From assembly GCA_964012435.1 (NCBI GenBank), contig CAXGSM010000013.1, positions 1 to 38,796 on the forward strand: a stretch of DNA of 38,796 nt, given 5' to 3'. The translations under genes were made by a program, and so were the position numbers. Below, piece after piece: positions 5,931-16,232 of the stretch. Positions within the stretch are counted from its first letter, which is position 1. Each line of letters begins with the position of its first letter. The notes below the pieces were generated by a model, which had not been told where the DNA came from, ran no database searches, and saw only the letters and a list, made by a program, of their open reading frames with translations. Origin of the DNA: an uncultured bacterium (GTDB taxonomy: Bacteria; UBP7; UBA6624).

Positions 5931-7877
5931 ATGCTTTCATATATTTGTAGTTTTGTTAATTTTCTTTTCCTTGCACAGGAAAAGTGGAATCCTTTTGATG
6001 CTGTAAATATATCCTTAAGAAATCTACTTCATAAACATCCTGGTTATTTTTTGATCGTTCCAGAAATTGCAATTATTTTTGGAGCACTTATAGTCTTCAT
6101 GCTTGCAACTTTTTTAAATCCAAAAAATGATGAAAAAAAGCTTGTATCTGTTGATTTAATAGGGTTATCACTTCTTGGTTCTTCTATTTTCATCAGGTTA
6201 TCTCAAGTTTTACTTAATTTATCACCAATGATAGCTTGGATTATTGGAATTATTTTATTTTTTGTTCTTCTTGTTCTTTGTAGGAAAAAATACAAAATTC
6301 CATATATTGGTGCTTTGACATATGGTGCAATCTCTGCTTTGTTTGCAGTGCATCTTTTAAATTTTGCAGATCTGCCTGCAAATGACCCAAAACCTTGGAC
6401 ATTTGGAGCCCTAATTGGTTTTATTGTCTGGTATATATCTCGTTTTATAAAGCAGAAAGATTGGGTACCATCACTTGCTTTGTTCTGGCAAATTTTTAGT
6501 ATATCTACAACTTTTTTAATAATACATGAAACATCTAGACATTTCTCCATTGAATTAGGTCGTTATTGGGGTGGCCTTGAAACATTCGATCCTTTTTCTA
6601 TTTTTTGGGAATTGACGATTGACATTATTACAATTTTTGTGATACTTCTTGCCTGGAATCATCCTGAATTGAAAAGGAACAGAGGAGAATTTTTTGCTTT
6701 ATTGATGATTGCAGGTGCAAGTTTGATGTTTATGGTTGCATCCTCAGATCTTGTTGCAATTTATTTAATGACAGAATTTTCTTCGATATGCTTATATCTG
6801 CTTGTTGGTTTTGCAAGATCTGGTAAGAAATCACCTGAAGCAGTTTTGAAATATTTTCTAGTAGGTGTTTTTTCTGGTGTTTTGATATTATTTAGCGGAA
6901 TGCTTTTCTATGGTTTAACCGGCACTACAAATCTTTATGATATTAATTTCTTGCTTTCTGTAGGTCACCCTTACAAGGGTTTGATAGGTATTGCAATGGC
7001 TGTAATGATTGCAGGAATGGGCTACAAGATAGCTATAGCTCCTTTCCATCAATGGTTTCCAGATGCAGTTGAAGGTTCACCCGCACCAGTAAGTGGCTAT
7101 ATAGCTTTAGCGCCCAAGGTTGCTGGACTATGTGTTTGGATGAGATTGTTTTTGTTAGGATTGGCTCCAATTACTGATATATGGATTGACCTTCTTATCA
7201 TTCTTTCGATGGTTTCAATGACTGTTGGTAATTTAAGCGCATTAAAGCAAACAAATGTTAAAAGAATGTTGGCATATTCATCTATTGCTCATGTTGGCTT
7301 TGTGATGATGGCGGTTGTTGCTGCTGGTATTTTGCCAGGTGAATTATCTTCATTTCATAGTCAAGGATTTCAGTCAGCAATGTTTTATATGTTTTGTTAT
7401 GTTTTTATGAACGCGGGAGCATTTGGAGTAGTTTCTTTCCTGGAAAACAAAGGCGTAGAGCCAACTTTAAATGGCTTTAGAGGTCTCTCTAAAAAAGAAC
7501 CCATTCTTGCAGCCCTAATGGTGATATTTTTGGCTAGCTTAGCTGGCATACCACCAACTGCAGGTGCTTGGGCTAAATGGACTGTTTTCATTGCTGCCAT
7601 GGAAACCACAACACTTTTGCCTCTTGTTATAGTTGCTGGTATAAATACTGTTATAGCTTTGTATTATTATTTTGCTGTTGCTAGAGAGATGTACCTTCAG
7701 GACGACAAAGAAAAAAGCACTGTTGTTCCAAATGCTGGTATAGCTAAATCTATTCCTATTGCGGCTACATTATTTGTTACTGCTGTTACAACTTTAGTCA
7801 TAGGCTTTTATCCAGCGGAAGCATGGAAGCTTGCTGCTCATTCTGATATCATATTTATCAAAGTTGGGCTAATGTGA
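5931..7877 (+). CDS. nuoN: NADH-quinone oxidoreductase subunit N (antiporter-like), with an enlarged N-terminal membrane region
   Basis: GEFFALL, YLMTEFSSICLYLL, EAVLKYF, GYKIAIAPFHQWFPDAVEGSPAPV...APK, KRMLAYSSIAHVG and SLAGIPPTAGAWAKW. The start codon is uncertain. Confidence 0.9.
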   Translation: MLSYICSFVNFLFLAQEKWNPFDAVNISLRNLLHKHPGYFLIVPEIAIIFGALIVFMLATFLNPKNDEKKLVSVDLIGLSLLGSSIFIRLSQVLLNLSPMIAWIIGIILFFVLLVLCRKKYKIPYIGALTYGAISALFAVHLLNFADLPANDPKPWTFGALIGFIVWYISRFIKQKDWVPSLALFWQIFSISTTFLIIHETSRHFSIELGRYWGGLETFDPFSIFWELTIDIITIFVILLAWNHPELKRNRGEFFALLMIAGASLMFMVASSDLVAIYLMTEFSSICLYLLVGFARSGKKSPEAVLKYFLVGVFSGVLILFSGMLFYGLTGTTNLYDINFLLSVGHPYKGLIGIAMAVMIAGMGYKIAIAPFHQWFPDAVEGSPAPVSGYIALAPKVAGLCVWMRLFLLGLAPITDIWIDLLIILSMVSMTVGNLSALKQTNVKRMLAYSSIAHVGFVMMAVVAAGILPGELSSFHSQGFQSAMFYMFCYVFMNAGAFGVVSFLENKGVEPTLNGFRGLSKKEPILAALMVIFLASLAGIPPTAGAWAKWTVFIAAMETTTLLPLVIVAGINTVIALYYYFAVAREMYLQDDKEKSTVVPNAGIAKSIPIAATLFVTAVTTLVIGFYPAEAWKLAAHSDIIFIKVGLM

Positions 7878-9640
7878 GAACCCTTTCGGGTCATCTTTTC
7901 TTTTTCGTTTTTCTTGTTTTTTACATTTTTTCTATACAGTATTTTGGACCTTCACAAGACTTCGATACTTCTATAGTTGCTTTTGTTGGATTATTTTTGT
8001 CTGGATTTGTTTTTTTAAAAGGTTTTTTTGTTTTTAAAAATTCTTTTTTTTACTCATTATCAAGTTTGCTTATTTTAAGTTTGGCTTTTTTTCATGATGA
8101 TTTTTTTTATGTGTTAAAGATAGCTCTTATATGGTGGGTTTCAATGACTTTGGGCAAGGTTGTTAAATTTGATAAGAAAATATTCAATTTTTGGCCTTAT
8201 TTTTGTTTGATAATTTCTATAGTTGGCTTCATCTCTTTCAAGATTAATAATTATCCAATATACACTTTCCCTTTCAATTGGCATAATCAATCTGCAATTT
8301 TATTAGGCACAAGCATTCCTTTTTGGTTGTTGAAAATTTTTAATCAAAAAGAAAAAACAAAATTATTAAAAAATTATTTTTGTTTGTTTTTTATTTGTTA
8401 TTGTATTTTTCTGACAGGCTCTAAAGCAGGTATTGCTGTTTGTTTTCTTTCTTTTGTTTTCTCTGTATTTTTGTTTAATGATTCAAATAGTAAAAATATT
8501 ATTGCTAGATTTTTTTCATCCATTGAAAAAGCAAAATTATTTTTGATTTTTATTTTTATTTTTCTTGTTCCTAAAATTTACAACAATATAATTAATGATT
8601 TTTCATTTCAAAGCCGTATCGCCTATTTCAAGGGTGCATTAGAGATGGGAAAAGATAATTTTTTAACTGGTGTTGGTTGGGGAAATTTTAAATTTTATTA
8701 TCCTTTTTTCCAGTCAAAAATCGAATACTCTGCAAATGATCCTCACTCATGGTTGTTTAGAGCTTGGGCTGAAGGCGGTCTTTTCGGTATTGCTTTATTG
8801 TTTATTTTTATTGTTTCTATGTTAAAGATATTTAAAAGACTTAAAGAAAATGATGAGAAATGTTTTTTTATTGCTGCCATCATGATTTTGATTCATGGCT
8901 TAGTTGACTTCCATGCCACATTTATACCCTTACCATTACTGGTTGGATCCTTTTTGGGACTATCCCTCAGAAGAGAAAAATTAAACCAATTTGATCAAGG
9001 TAGGAATTTTCTAAATATTTGGCCTATCAGTCTAGGTTTTCTGTCTTCTTTTTTTGTGGTAATGAATGTATTTTCATTAAAAAATTGTGATAACCAAGTT
9101 GCAAATCATCAATGTGTAAGCAATTACCTGGAAACAGGTTTTCATAATTTTTCCTCCTCCAGGCATGTTGAAAAAGCTTTGGAGTCTCAAAAATCTTTGA
9201 AATATTCTCATGTTAGACAGATTGTTGAAAACAGAGATAGATTTTCAAAAAACACAAGTATAAGGCAATCCTTGCTTGCGCTAGAAAACCCTCAAAAAGG
9301 TTTTATAAGCCAGCAAGAAAGATTGTTGATAGCTAGAGAGTTGCTTTTAATTGATGGCATCAACAGGCCTGAATTTGCTTTGATTTTTGCCACAGAAGCA
9401 AGCTATTTTTTTAGCTCTGACGAGAGTTTAAAAAATGAAACACTTGATGTAATCAATTCATTCCTAGATGAGTGGCCTAAATTCAACAGCAAGGAAGAAG
9501 TTTTCAGCTTTAAGCTTGATGCTAGATCTAGAAAGCTTGATATTGTTTTTGCTAAATTATGGGAAATAAAGTCAATATTAGAAAAAGAAAAGTCTCAAAA
9601 AGACCTAGCATTGATGGAATCTAAAAAATTTTCTGATTAA
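7874..9640 (+). CDS. O-antigen ligase / O-oligosaccharyltransferase family (Wzy_C) polytopic membrane protein
   Basis: Many TM segments; NWHNQSA, LTGSKAG, SRIAYFKGALEM...LTGVGWGNF, DPHSWLFRAWAEGGLFG and HGLVDF; soluble helical C-terminal domain; GTG overlaps the nuoN stop. Confidence 0.8.
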   Translation: MRTLSGHLFFFVFLVFYIFSIQYFGPSQDFDTSIVAFVGLFLSGFVFLKGFFVFKNSFFYSLSSLLILSLAFFHDDFFYVLKIALIWWVSMTLGKVVKFDKKIFNFWPYFCLIISIVGFISFKINNYPIYTFPFNWHNQSAILLGTSIPFWLLKIFNQKEKTKLLKNYFCLFFICYCIFLTGSKAGIAVCFLSFVFSVFLFNDSNSKNIIARFFSSIEKAKLFLIFIFIFLVPKIYNNIINDFSFQSRIAYFKGALEMGKDNFLTGVGWGNFKFYYPFFQSKIEYSANDPHSWLFRAWAEGGLFGIALLFIFIVSMLKIFKRLKENDEKCFFIAAIMILIHGLVDFHATFIPLPLLVGSFLGLSLRREKLNQFDQGRNFLNIWPISLGFLSSFFVVMNVFSLKNCDNQVANHQCVSNYLETGFHNFSSSRHVEKALESQKSLKYSHVRQIVENRDRFSKNTSIRQSLLALENPQKGFISQQERLLIARELLLIDGINRPEFALIFATEASYFFSSDESLKNETLDVINSFLDEWPKFNSKEEVFSFKLDARSRKLDIVFAKLWEIKSILEKEKSQKDLALMESKKFSD

Positions 9641-9687
9641 TTAGATAGAATTTTCTCTAACGTAATTATTTAAAGGTGGTTGTAATC

Positions 9688-11028
9688 ATGGCAAATTATG
9701 CTGATAGAGTTATAAATCAAGTCGTTGCACGGGATCCTAATCAAATTGAATTCATCCAGGCAGTTAAAGAGGTTCTTGAAACTTTGTCTCCTATTTTAGA
9801 TTCTGATAAAAAATATGAAGAAAACAGTATTCTTGAAAGAATTGTTGAACCTGAAAGGGTTATTATGTTTAGGGTTCCATGGGTTGATGATGCTGGCAGG
9901 GTTCAGGTTAATCGTGCTTTTCGAATTCAGTTCAATAGTGCTATAGGGCCTTACAAAGGTGGCTTGAGGTTTCATCCGTCTGTAAACCTTTCAATATTAA
10001 AGTTTCTTGCTTTTGAACAAATATTTAAAAACAGCTTAACAACACTGCCGATGGGTGGTGGAAAAGGTGGGTGTGATTTCGATCCAAGAGGAAAAACGGA
10101 TGGTGAAGTTATGAGATTTTGCCAATCTTTTATGTCTGAGCTATCTAGACATATTGGATCAAACACTGATGTTCCTGCAGGTGATATTGGAGTTGGAGCA
10201 CGAGAGATAGGCTATTTGTTTGGACAGTACAAAAAGCTAAAAAAGGAGTTTACAGGTGTTTTGACTGGAAAAAGTTTAAACTGGGGGGGCTCACTGATAA
10301 GGCCTGAAGCAACAGGTTATGGTTGTGTTTACTTTGTTGAAGAAATGCTGAAAGCTAATTCTGATTCTTTAAAAGATAAAATGGTGGCAATATCTGGTAG
10401 CGGAAATGTAGCTCAGTTTGCTTGCGAAAAGGTTAATAGCCTTGGAGGCAAAGTGGTATCCTTTTCTGATTCTGATGGGACCATTTTTGATCCTGATGGT
10501 ATTGATAATGAAAAGTTAGCTTATGTTATGGATTTGAAAAATGTTCAACGTGGCAGGATAAAAGATTATGTTGGAAAATATCAAAATGCAACTTTTGCAA
10601 AAGGGAATCCTTGGTCAATTGATTGTGATATTGCTTTGCCGTGTGCCACTCAAAATGAAATTTCTACTTTGGATGCAAAAGAGTTAATAAAAAATAATTG
10701 TCTTGCAGTTTCTGAAGGTGCAAATATGCCTACAACCCCTGATGCTGTAGAGTGTTTTCAAAAGGCAAATGTTCTTTATGGTCCAGGAAAAGCAGCTAAT
10801 GCAGGTGGTGTTGCTGTCAGTGGTTTAGAAATGTCTCAAAATTCAATTAGAACCAATTGGACAAGGGAGGAGGTTGATTCAAAACTTCAATCCATTATGC
10901 AGAGCATTCACAAACAATGCATCACAACAGCAGAGTATTATGGTTGCAGTGGTGACTATGTTACAGGAGCAAACATTGCTGGTTTTACAAAAGTTGCTGA
11001 CTCTATGATTGACCAAGGTGTAGTTTGA
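9688..11028 (+). CDS. gdhA: NADP-specific glutamate dehydrogenase
   Basis: [45 protein letters not shown] and [20 protein letters not shown] 9688 is preferred over GTG 9676 because AAGGTGGT precedes it as an SD. Confidence 0.97.
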   Translation: MANYADRVINQVVARDPNQIEFIQAVKEVLETLSPILDSDKKYEENSILERIVEPERVIMFRVPWVDDAGRVQVNRAFRIQFNSAIGPYKGGLRFHPSVNLSILKFLAFEQIFKNSLTTLPMGGGKGGCDFDPRGKTDGEVMRFCQSFMSELSRHIGSNTDVPAGDIGVGAREIGYLFGQYKKLKKEFTGVLTGKSLNWGGSLIRPEATGYGCVYFVEEMLKANSDSLKDKMVAISGSGNVAQFACEKVNSLGGKVVSFSDSDGTIFDPDGIDNEKLAYVMDLKNVQRGRIKDYVGKYQNATFAKGNPWSIDCDIALPCATQNEISTLDAKELIKNNCLAVSEGANMPTTPDAVECFQKANVLYGPGKAANAGGVAVSGLEMSQNSIRTNWTREEVDSKLQSIMQSIHKQCITTAEYYGCSGDYVTGANIAGFTKVADSMIDQGVV

Positions 11029-11040
11029 TTGATTTAATTT

Positions 11041-12285
11041 ATGTTTTGGCTTGAAGTCTATAAATTTTTAGGCATTTTATTTTTTGAGCTTTTTAAGTTT
11101 TATTTATTAATTTCAGGAAAGTCTAGTGAATTTAATTCTCTTAGGTTGGGTAATTTTTCTAAATTTCCAAAATCTAGAATATGGATACATTCTGTTAGCG
11201 TAGGTGAACTTAAAGCAGTCGAACCTTTCATCAAAGAGCTAAAAAAAAGAAAACATCAAATAGTGCTTAGTGTAGGAACCAGAGCTGGTTTTGAGTTAGC
11301 TAAAAGCATTTACGCGAAAGATTCAAGTGTTTTTGTAACTGTCATTCCATTTGATTGTGTCAAAACTGTTAAATCTTTTTTAAACAACCTGCAACCAATG
11401 GCTGTTTTCTTTGTTGAAACTGAGCTTTGGCCATTATTCGTACATGAATGCAAGAAAAAGAGCATCCCTTTATTTTGGCTAAATGGGCGGGTTTCCGATC
11501 GTGCTTTTAAGTCAACAGGACTTTATCAAATTGCTTTGTCATGGATGATTCCTCAGTTTGACCTTTGCTTAATGAGGAGCCTAGAAGACCTACGCAAGGC
11601 TTCTTTGATTTCAAGTTCAGGTAATTACGGAAATATAAAGGGGGTTTGTCTGGGTGATATCAAATATGACAAACCTTTTAGAAAATCAACCTTGAAAAGA
11701 TCGAATTTCATAAAAAAGAACGAAAAGGTAATTGTTTTAGGTAGTTCACATGAGGGAGAAGAAAAAATAGTATTTTCTTTATTTGATAAACTTGTTAAAA
11801 AATTTAAAAATTTAAAATTGATTATTGCACCTAGGAAAATAGAAAGAATTGAAAATATTAAAAAAACATTTTCGGATAAAAAAGTTTTAAATTGGTCTGA
11901 TCTCAATAAAGGAAATAAAGAGGCGTTTGACATTCTTATGATAGATGAGATGGGCATCTTATCTCAAGTTTACTCTATTGCTGATATTGCTCTTGTAGGT
12001 GGTTCCTGGGTTAAGAGGGGTGGCCACAACCCAATTGAACCTTGTTTTTTTGGCATTCCTACTGTTTTTGGGCCATCAATGGAAAATTTTAGAGAAGTTG
12101 CTGGTGATTTAATTAATTCAGGTGGTGCAGTTTCAGCTTCAGAATATGAACTTTTAGACATTGTTGAAAATTTGCTTCTAGATGACTCAAAGAGAAGGGA
12201 GGTCGGTTTGTTTGGTTTAGAAGCTGTTAATTCAAGAAAAGGTGTTTCAAAAAGAATGATTAATGAGATTGAGTTCTTGCTTTAA
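11041..12285 (+). CDS. waaA: 3-deoxy-D-manno-octulosonic acid (Kdo) transferase
   Basis: IWIHSVSVGE, PFD, VETELWP, NGRVSDR, GDIKYD, GSSHEGEE, IIAPRKIER, DEMGIL and VGGSW..GGHNPIEP. Confidence 0.93.
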   Translation: MFWLEVYKFLGILFFELFKFYLLISGKSSEFNSLRLGNFSKFPKSRIWIHSVSVGELKAVEPFIKELKKRKHQIVLSVGTRAGFELAKSIYAKDSSVFVTVIPFDCVKTVKSFLNNLQPMAVFFVETELWPLFVHECKKKSIPLFWLNGRVSDRAFKSTGLYQIALSWMIPQFDLCLMRSLEDLRKASLISSSGNYGNIKGVCLGDIKYDKPFRKSTLKRSNFIKKNEKVIVLGSSHEGEEKIVFSLFDKLVKKFKNLKLIIAPRKIERIENIKKTFSDKKVLNWSDLNKGNKEAFDILMIDEMGILSQVYSIADIALVGGSWVKRGGHNPIEPCFFGIPTVFGPSMENFREVAGDLINSGGAVSASEYELLDIVENLLLDDSKRREVGLFGLEAVNSRKGVSKRMINEIEFLL

Positions 12286-12841
12286 CAAGCTCAGATAATT
12301 TAAATAGTCTAATTAAAGGTATTTTGTTTTTTTCAAAAAGATGAGTACTTCCTTCTTCTCGATCAACCATTGTTAATATAGCAATAACATTATGACCATT
12401 GTCTTGCATTGCTTCTACTGCTTTTAAAGCTGATGATCCTGTTGTTGTTACATCCTCTAAGATGATTACATTTGAATTTTTCTCCAGAAGTCCTTCAATT
12501 TGTTTTCCTGTTCCTCTATCTTTTTTTTCTTTCCTAACAACAAAAGGTAACCAGTTTATTTTTTTTGATTTTGCTTCTAGTGATATTGCATATGCTAAAG
12601 GGTCGGCTCCCAATGTAAGGCCACCAATTGCATCTATTTTTATTTTTTGATCAATGATTTTTTGAATAATCAGGTTTGCTGTAGTTTTGAGCAAGCTTGG
12701 ATTCATTGTGATTATTTTTCCATCCAGATAGTATTTACTTTTCTTACCAGAAGCCAAAGAGAAAAAATCTCCTTCATTTGCAATTTTTAGCGCTTTTTCT
12801 GAAAGTGTTTTTAGTATTTTATTTTTTTGAGAAGCATTCAT
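12260..12841 (-). CDS. pyrE: Orotate phosphoribosyltransferase
   Basis: FSLASGKKSKYYLD, GGLTLGADP, VRKEKKDRGT..IEG and the PRPP motif ILEDVTTTGSS. The 3' end overlaps waaA by 26 nt. Confidence 0.95.
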   Translation of the reverse strand: MNASQKNKILKTLSEKALKIANEGDFFSLASGKKSKYYLDGKIITMNPSLLKTTANLIIQKIIDQKIKIDAIGGLTLGADPLAYAISLEAKSKKINWLPFVVRKEKKDRGTGKQIEGLLEKNSNVIILEDVTTTGSSALKAVEAMQDNGHNVIAILTMVDREEGSTHLFEKNKIPLIRLFKLSELVKARTQSH

Positions 12842-12951
12842 ACTTTAGGTAATTATAGATATAGGATAGATAAGGTTGATAAGGTTTTATAGCCTAAAAC
12901 TGTTTAATTGGAGTAAATTTTATTCCATTTTACTTAAAATAGAAGATATTA

Positions 12952-15900
12952 ATGGTTTTTTTATTTAGCTTTTTTGCTTTTTTTGCTTTTCTGAACAGTC
13001 CAGAAAGCACACCTGAAAGATTACGTTTTTCAGAAGTCTCGTTTTCGGCTGCTGTTCAAGAATCTTCCATTAGGTGTTTGGATCCAAAATCTGGACAAGA
13101 GCTTTCTGAGGAAAAAGTACAAGAAGGTGTTTCTTGTATAGCTGAGATAAAAAATAACAATGGGGTTTCTTATCAGTATTTACATCCCAAGATGTCTATT
13201 GACTGGGATGCTTTAGCTTTTAATGATGTTGGTATTGTAGTAACCCCAGAAAGCACACAACTTGTCATGGGTCAGTCATTGACCTTGGCAATTACAGTTA
13301 CTGCTCCAAATGGCCTTCCTCTCGGTTCTGTTTTATCATTCAATGCACCGCGTGGCGTCAAGCTTGATGGTCAGGATTCTGAAATTATTTTGCCAAGTAT
13401 GAATGTCGGTGATGTTTATGTAACTGAAGTTGATTTAAAAAATTATGATTTAACTCAACATGGTTCTAAAACATTAGAAATGTTTGTTTTGACTGATTCA
13501 GACACTGTTATATCAAATAAAACTAATGTAAATATACAGATTTCACCTGATCGTTTATTTTCTCTAGGTGTTATATCAGGCAAGGTTTGGCTTGATTCAG
13601 ATGAAAACAGATATCAAGATGAAAATGAAAAGGGTGCTGCTGGTGTTCTTTTAAAGTTTGAAAATGGCACCACTGTTAGAACTGATCAAAATGGGAGATT
13701 TCATATTGATGGTTTGGCTCCTGGCTCCAGGGTTGTTGAGGTTGTTTCTGGGGTACCAGAAGGATGGAAACCTGCTTTTGGGTATGAAGTGCAAAATATT
13801 TTAGTTTTACCTGGTAGTCTAGCAACTTTAAACATCCCCCTTTCAGAAAGTCAAGAAAAATGGCAAAGAAAAACAGGTTTTGGAGTAATTGGATCATTTA
13901 CTCTTGGTTCTTCAGATACTGCTGAAGGTTCATTTAGATATATAGGTAATTATTCAGGCTTAGAAATGGAATTGTCTTATTCTGATGGATTGAGAGATTG
14001 GAATGATAGATCTTTAAATTGGAATCAAGGACTAGATTTTTCTAGACATAATTATCTTTTTTCAGACACTTCATCAAGCTCGCATAGCCATGGTTCTGGC
14101 TTTAATTGGAGCTTAAGTTCTTCAAATGCTAGCCTGAGGTACGGAAACGTAAGATCAAAAGACACGAACCTGTCTCTTGCAAGACATGATTTGTCTTTTG
14201 AGGGCTATGAATTGAATTGGAGCAAAAACCAAACTTCTTTAAAATCAACGCTTTCAGAAAAACCTGTACAGAAAACTAAAGACATATTTAAAAATAATAA
14301 TGGTTTTGTTTACAGGTTAAGAAATATAGAGAGAAAACACGATTCAATCAAGGTTCATTTAGATGTTTACAGGTTTGATGGAAGTCATGCAGGTTCCTGG
14401 AAGCTCGATGAATCTATTGATTATGTGCACGAAAACGGAACAATCAGGCTTCTTTATCCTCTGGAAGAGATTGCTCAAGAAAAATATGGATACCTAAATG
14501 GGGAAGATCTCTTTATCAATGTTTCTTACGATTGGATACTTCAAGAATCTGATCGAGGAACATGGACAACTAACATAAAGCATAATTTAGGAAATGGTTG
14601 GAATTTTGGAATAACTAAAGTTAATGAAGCTCGACAAAATGGAGATTATGAACTTGAAGGTCAGAATATAAACTTCAAAGGTTCTTCTTTTTCTTTAGGT
14701 TATCAAACTGCTAGAACAAAATCTTCTGATACAGGTGAATACATTTCTGAAGATGGAGGGGTAACTTTTGAACATGTTGAAGCCCTGCAGGAAGGAGACT
14801 GGAATCAATCTGATAAATTCAATGCTTCCCTTAATGCTGGAAATATAGGTAATTTTTCTTATTCAAATTCAAATATGCAAAAAGGATTTAGCTCAAAAGA
14901 TGTCTGGGTTGGTCAAGATAAAAAAATAACAGAAATTGGTTTTAGCAATTCAAACTTTTTAGGTTTTTTTGGTGCAAACGCTTCTTTATATAAAGAAAAA
15001 CATACCTTGAGTCAAAATGCTTATACAAGATCCAAAATTGACCTTTCTAAAAATGTTAGTGGTTTTGGACGCATTACCCTATCAAAAGAATCTCGTAAAG
15101 ATCCTAATTTGTTGGAAGAAAAACTTACAACTTATTTTAATAAAGACTTAGGTCATGGCTTGAAATTTCAATTTAGAAATACAAATGTTCAGAAAGCTTA
15201 CAATAGCGGCATTTTGGATGAAAGAGAATTTAAGTTCTCCAGTGCATCGAGCCAAGGTAATTGGAATTTAAGAAAATTACAAAACTCCTGGAGACATTAT
15301 TCTGAATTAAACATGAAGGGCAACTTTTTTACAAAAGATTTAGATTTGAAGTTGTCACGTGATGTTCGGTCAAATTGGAGCAACCCAAAACATAAATTGC
15401 AAATGTTTAAGTACGAACAAAGCATAAACGGGGCCTTGTCTGTATCTGTGACTGATGTTATAGAAGAGCAAGGAAAATGGGTTGACCTTAGGGAAGATTT
15501 GAATCTAAATTGGAAACCAAATTCCTCAAACAACATAAATGCAAATATTGTTCTAACTGGAAATGATGTATCTGATGAACAGTGGGAAGGATATAACCTT
15601 GGTGGAAATCATTCAGTTTATGGATGGAATGTAAATTGGGGTGCTAATCAATACTTGAATCCTTTCAATAATGGACATAGGCATAAAACTCTTGAATCAA
15701 GAATTACAAAATCTATCAATGATGCAACAAAGTATTCTTTTACGACTGACAGGAAGAGAGAAACCTCTTTGGACAACACTTTAAAAGAGTATACAAAATT
15801 TGCTTCATCTTTGGTTTGGACACCTTCTGACAATCTTTCCTTTAGCGGCTCAGCTTTAGAAATTAGGGATAATGGCTGGACTGAATTTTCAGATCACAAT

Positions 15901-16230
15901 ATACAAACTTATTCAGCATCCTGGCAACCAAACTCTTTAACTTTTACGGGCAGGTATAGTTCAAGATCTTCTTTGAATGCTAATGGAAATGAAAACATTG
16001 CCATTAAGTCATTGAAAATTGGTTACCAATACAAGAGTTGGACGTTTTCAGCTGAAGATAAGATTATGTATGGCGATATTAATGAATCTGGTCACAGGTT
16101 TGAAATTGGAAAATCAATCACAAATGGCTTAAGAGTCATTGTTGGTTATTCTGATGGAGGTGCAAGTGATATGTTTTTGAGTCCCGACAATCAAGATGGT
16201 TTGTATTTAAGGTTTTCTGGCGCTTTTTAA
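12952..16230 (+). CDS. Large putative outer-membrane beta-barrel protein with N-terminal Ig-like/SdrD-B-like domains
   Basis: Hydrophobic N-terminus; SdrD-B/Cna-like segment GVISGKVWLDSDENRYQDENEKGAAGV...TDQNGRFHIDGLAPG; roughly the last 550 aa show alternating amphipathic strand patterns; the C-terminus GLYLRFSGAF fits a BAM beta-signal. Confidence 0.7.
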   Translation: MVFLFSFFAFFAFLNSPESTPERLRFSEVSFSAAVQESSIRCLDPKSGQELSEEKVQEGVSCIAEIKNNNGVSYQYLHPKMSIDWDALAFNDVGIVVTPESTQLVMGQSLTLAITVTAPNGLPLGSVLSFNAPRGVKLDGQDSEIILPSMNVGDVYVTEVDLKNYDLTQHGSKTLEMFVLTDSDTVISNKTNVNIQISPDRLFSLGVISGKVWLDSDENRYQDENEKGAAGVLLKFENGTTVRTDQNGRFHIDGLAPGSRVVEVVSGVPEGWKPAFGYEVQNILVLPGSLATLNIPLSESQEKWQRKTGFGVIGSFTLGSSDTAEGSFRYIGNYSGLEMELSYSDGLRDWNDRSLNWNQGLDFSRHNYLFSDTSSSSHSHGSGFNWSLSSSNASLRYGNVRSKDTNLSLARHDLSFEGYELNWSKNQTSLKSTLSEKPVQKTKDIFKNNNGFVYRLRNIERKHDSIKVHLDVYRFDGSHAGSWKLDESIDYVHENGTIRLLYPLEEIAQEKYGYLNGEDLFINVSYDWILQESDRGTWTTNIKHNLGNGWNFGITKVNEARQNGDYELEGQNINFKGSSFSLGYQTARTKSSDTGEYISEDGGVTFEHVEALQEGDWNQSDKFNASLNAGNIGNFSYSNSNMQKGFSSKDVWVGQDKKITEIGFSNSNFLGFFGANASLYKEKHTLSQNAYTRSKIDLSKNVSGFGRITLSKESRKDPNLLEEKLTTYFNKDLGHGLKFQFRNTNVQKAYNSGILDEREFKFSSASSQGNWNLRKLQNSWRHYSELNMKGNFFTKDLDLKLSRDVRSNWSNPKHKLQMFKYEQSINGALSVSVTDVIEEQGKWVDLREDLNLNWKPNSSNNINANIVLTGNDVSDEQWEGYNLGGNHSVYGWNVNWGANQYLNPFNNGHRHKTLESRITKSINDATKYSFTTDRKRETSLDNTLKEYTKFASSLVWTPSDNLSFSGSALEIRDNGWTEFSDHNIQTYSASWQPNSLTFTGRYSSRSSLNANGNENIAIKSLKIGYQYKSWTFSAEDKIMYGDINESGHRFEIGKSITNGLRVIVGYSDGGASDMFLSPDNQDGLYLRFSGAF

Positions 16231-16232
16231 TT

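Noticed and set aside
5677..6006. ORFs 5677..5925 (-) and 5809..6006 (+)
   Set aside because: They are shadow frames of the 21-bp Gly-Arg repeat in the pilP-like gene.
9676..9687. GTG start for gdhA given in the ORF track
   Set aside because: The GTG lies within the SD-like AAGGTGGT; ATG 9688 is correctly spaced and matches where GdhA-like sequence begins.
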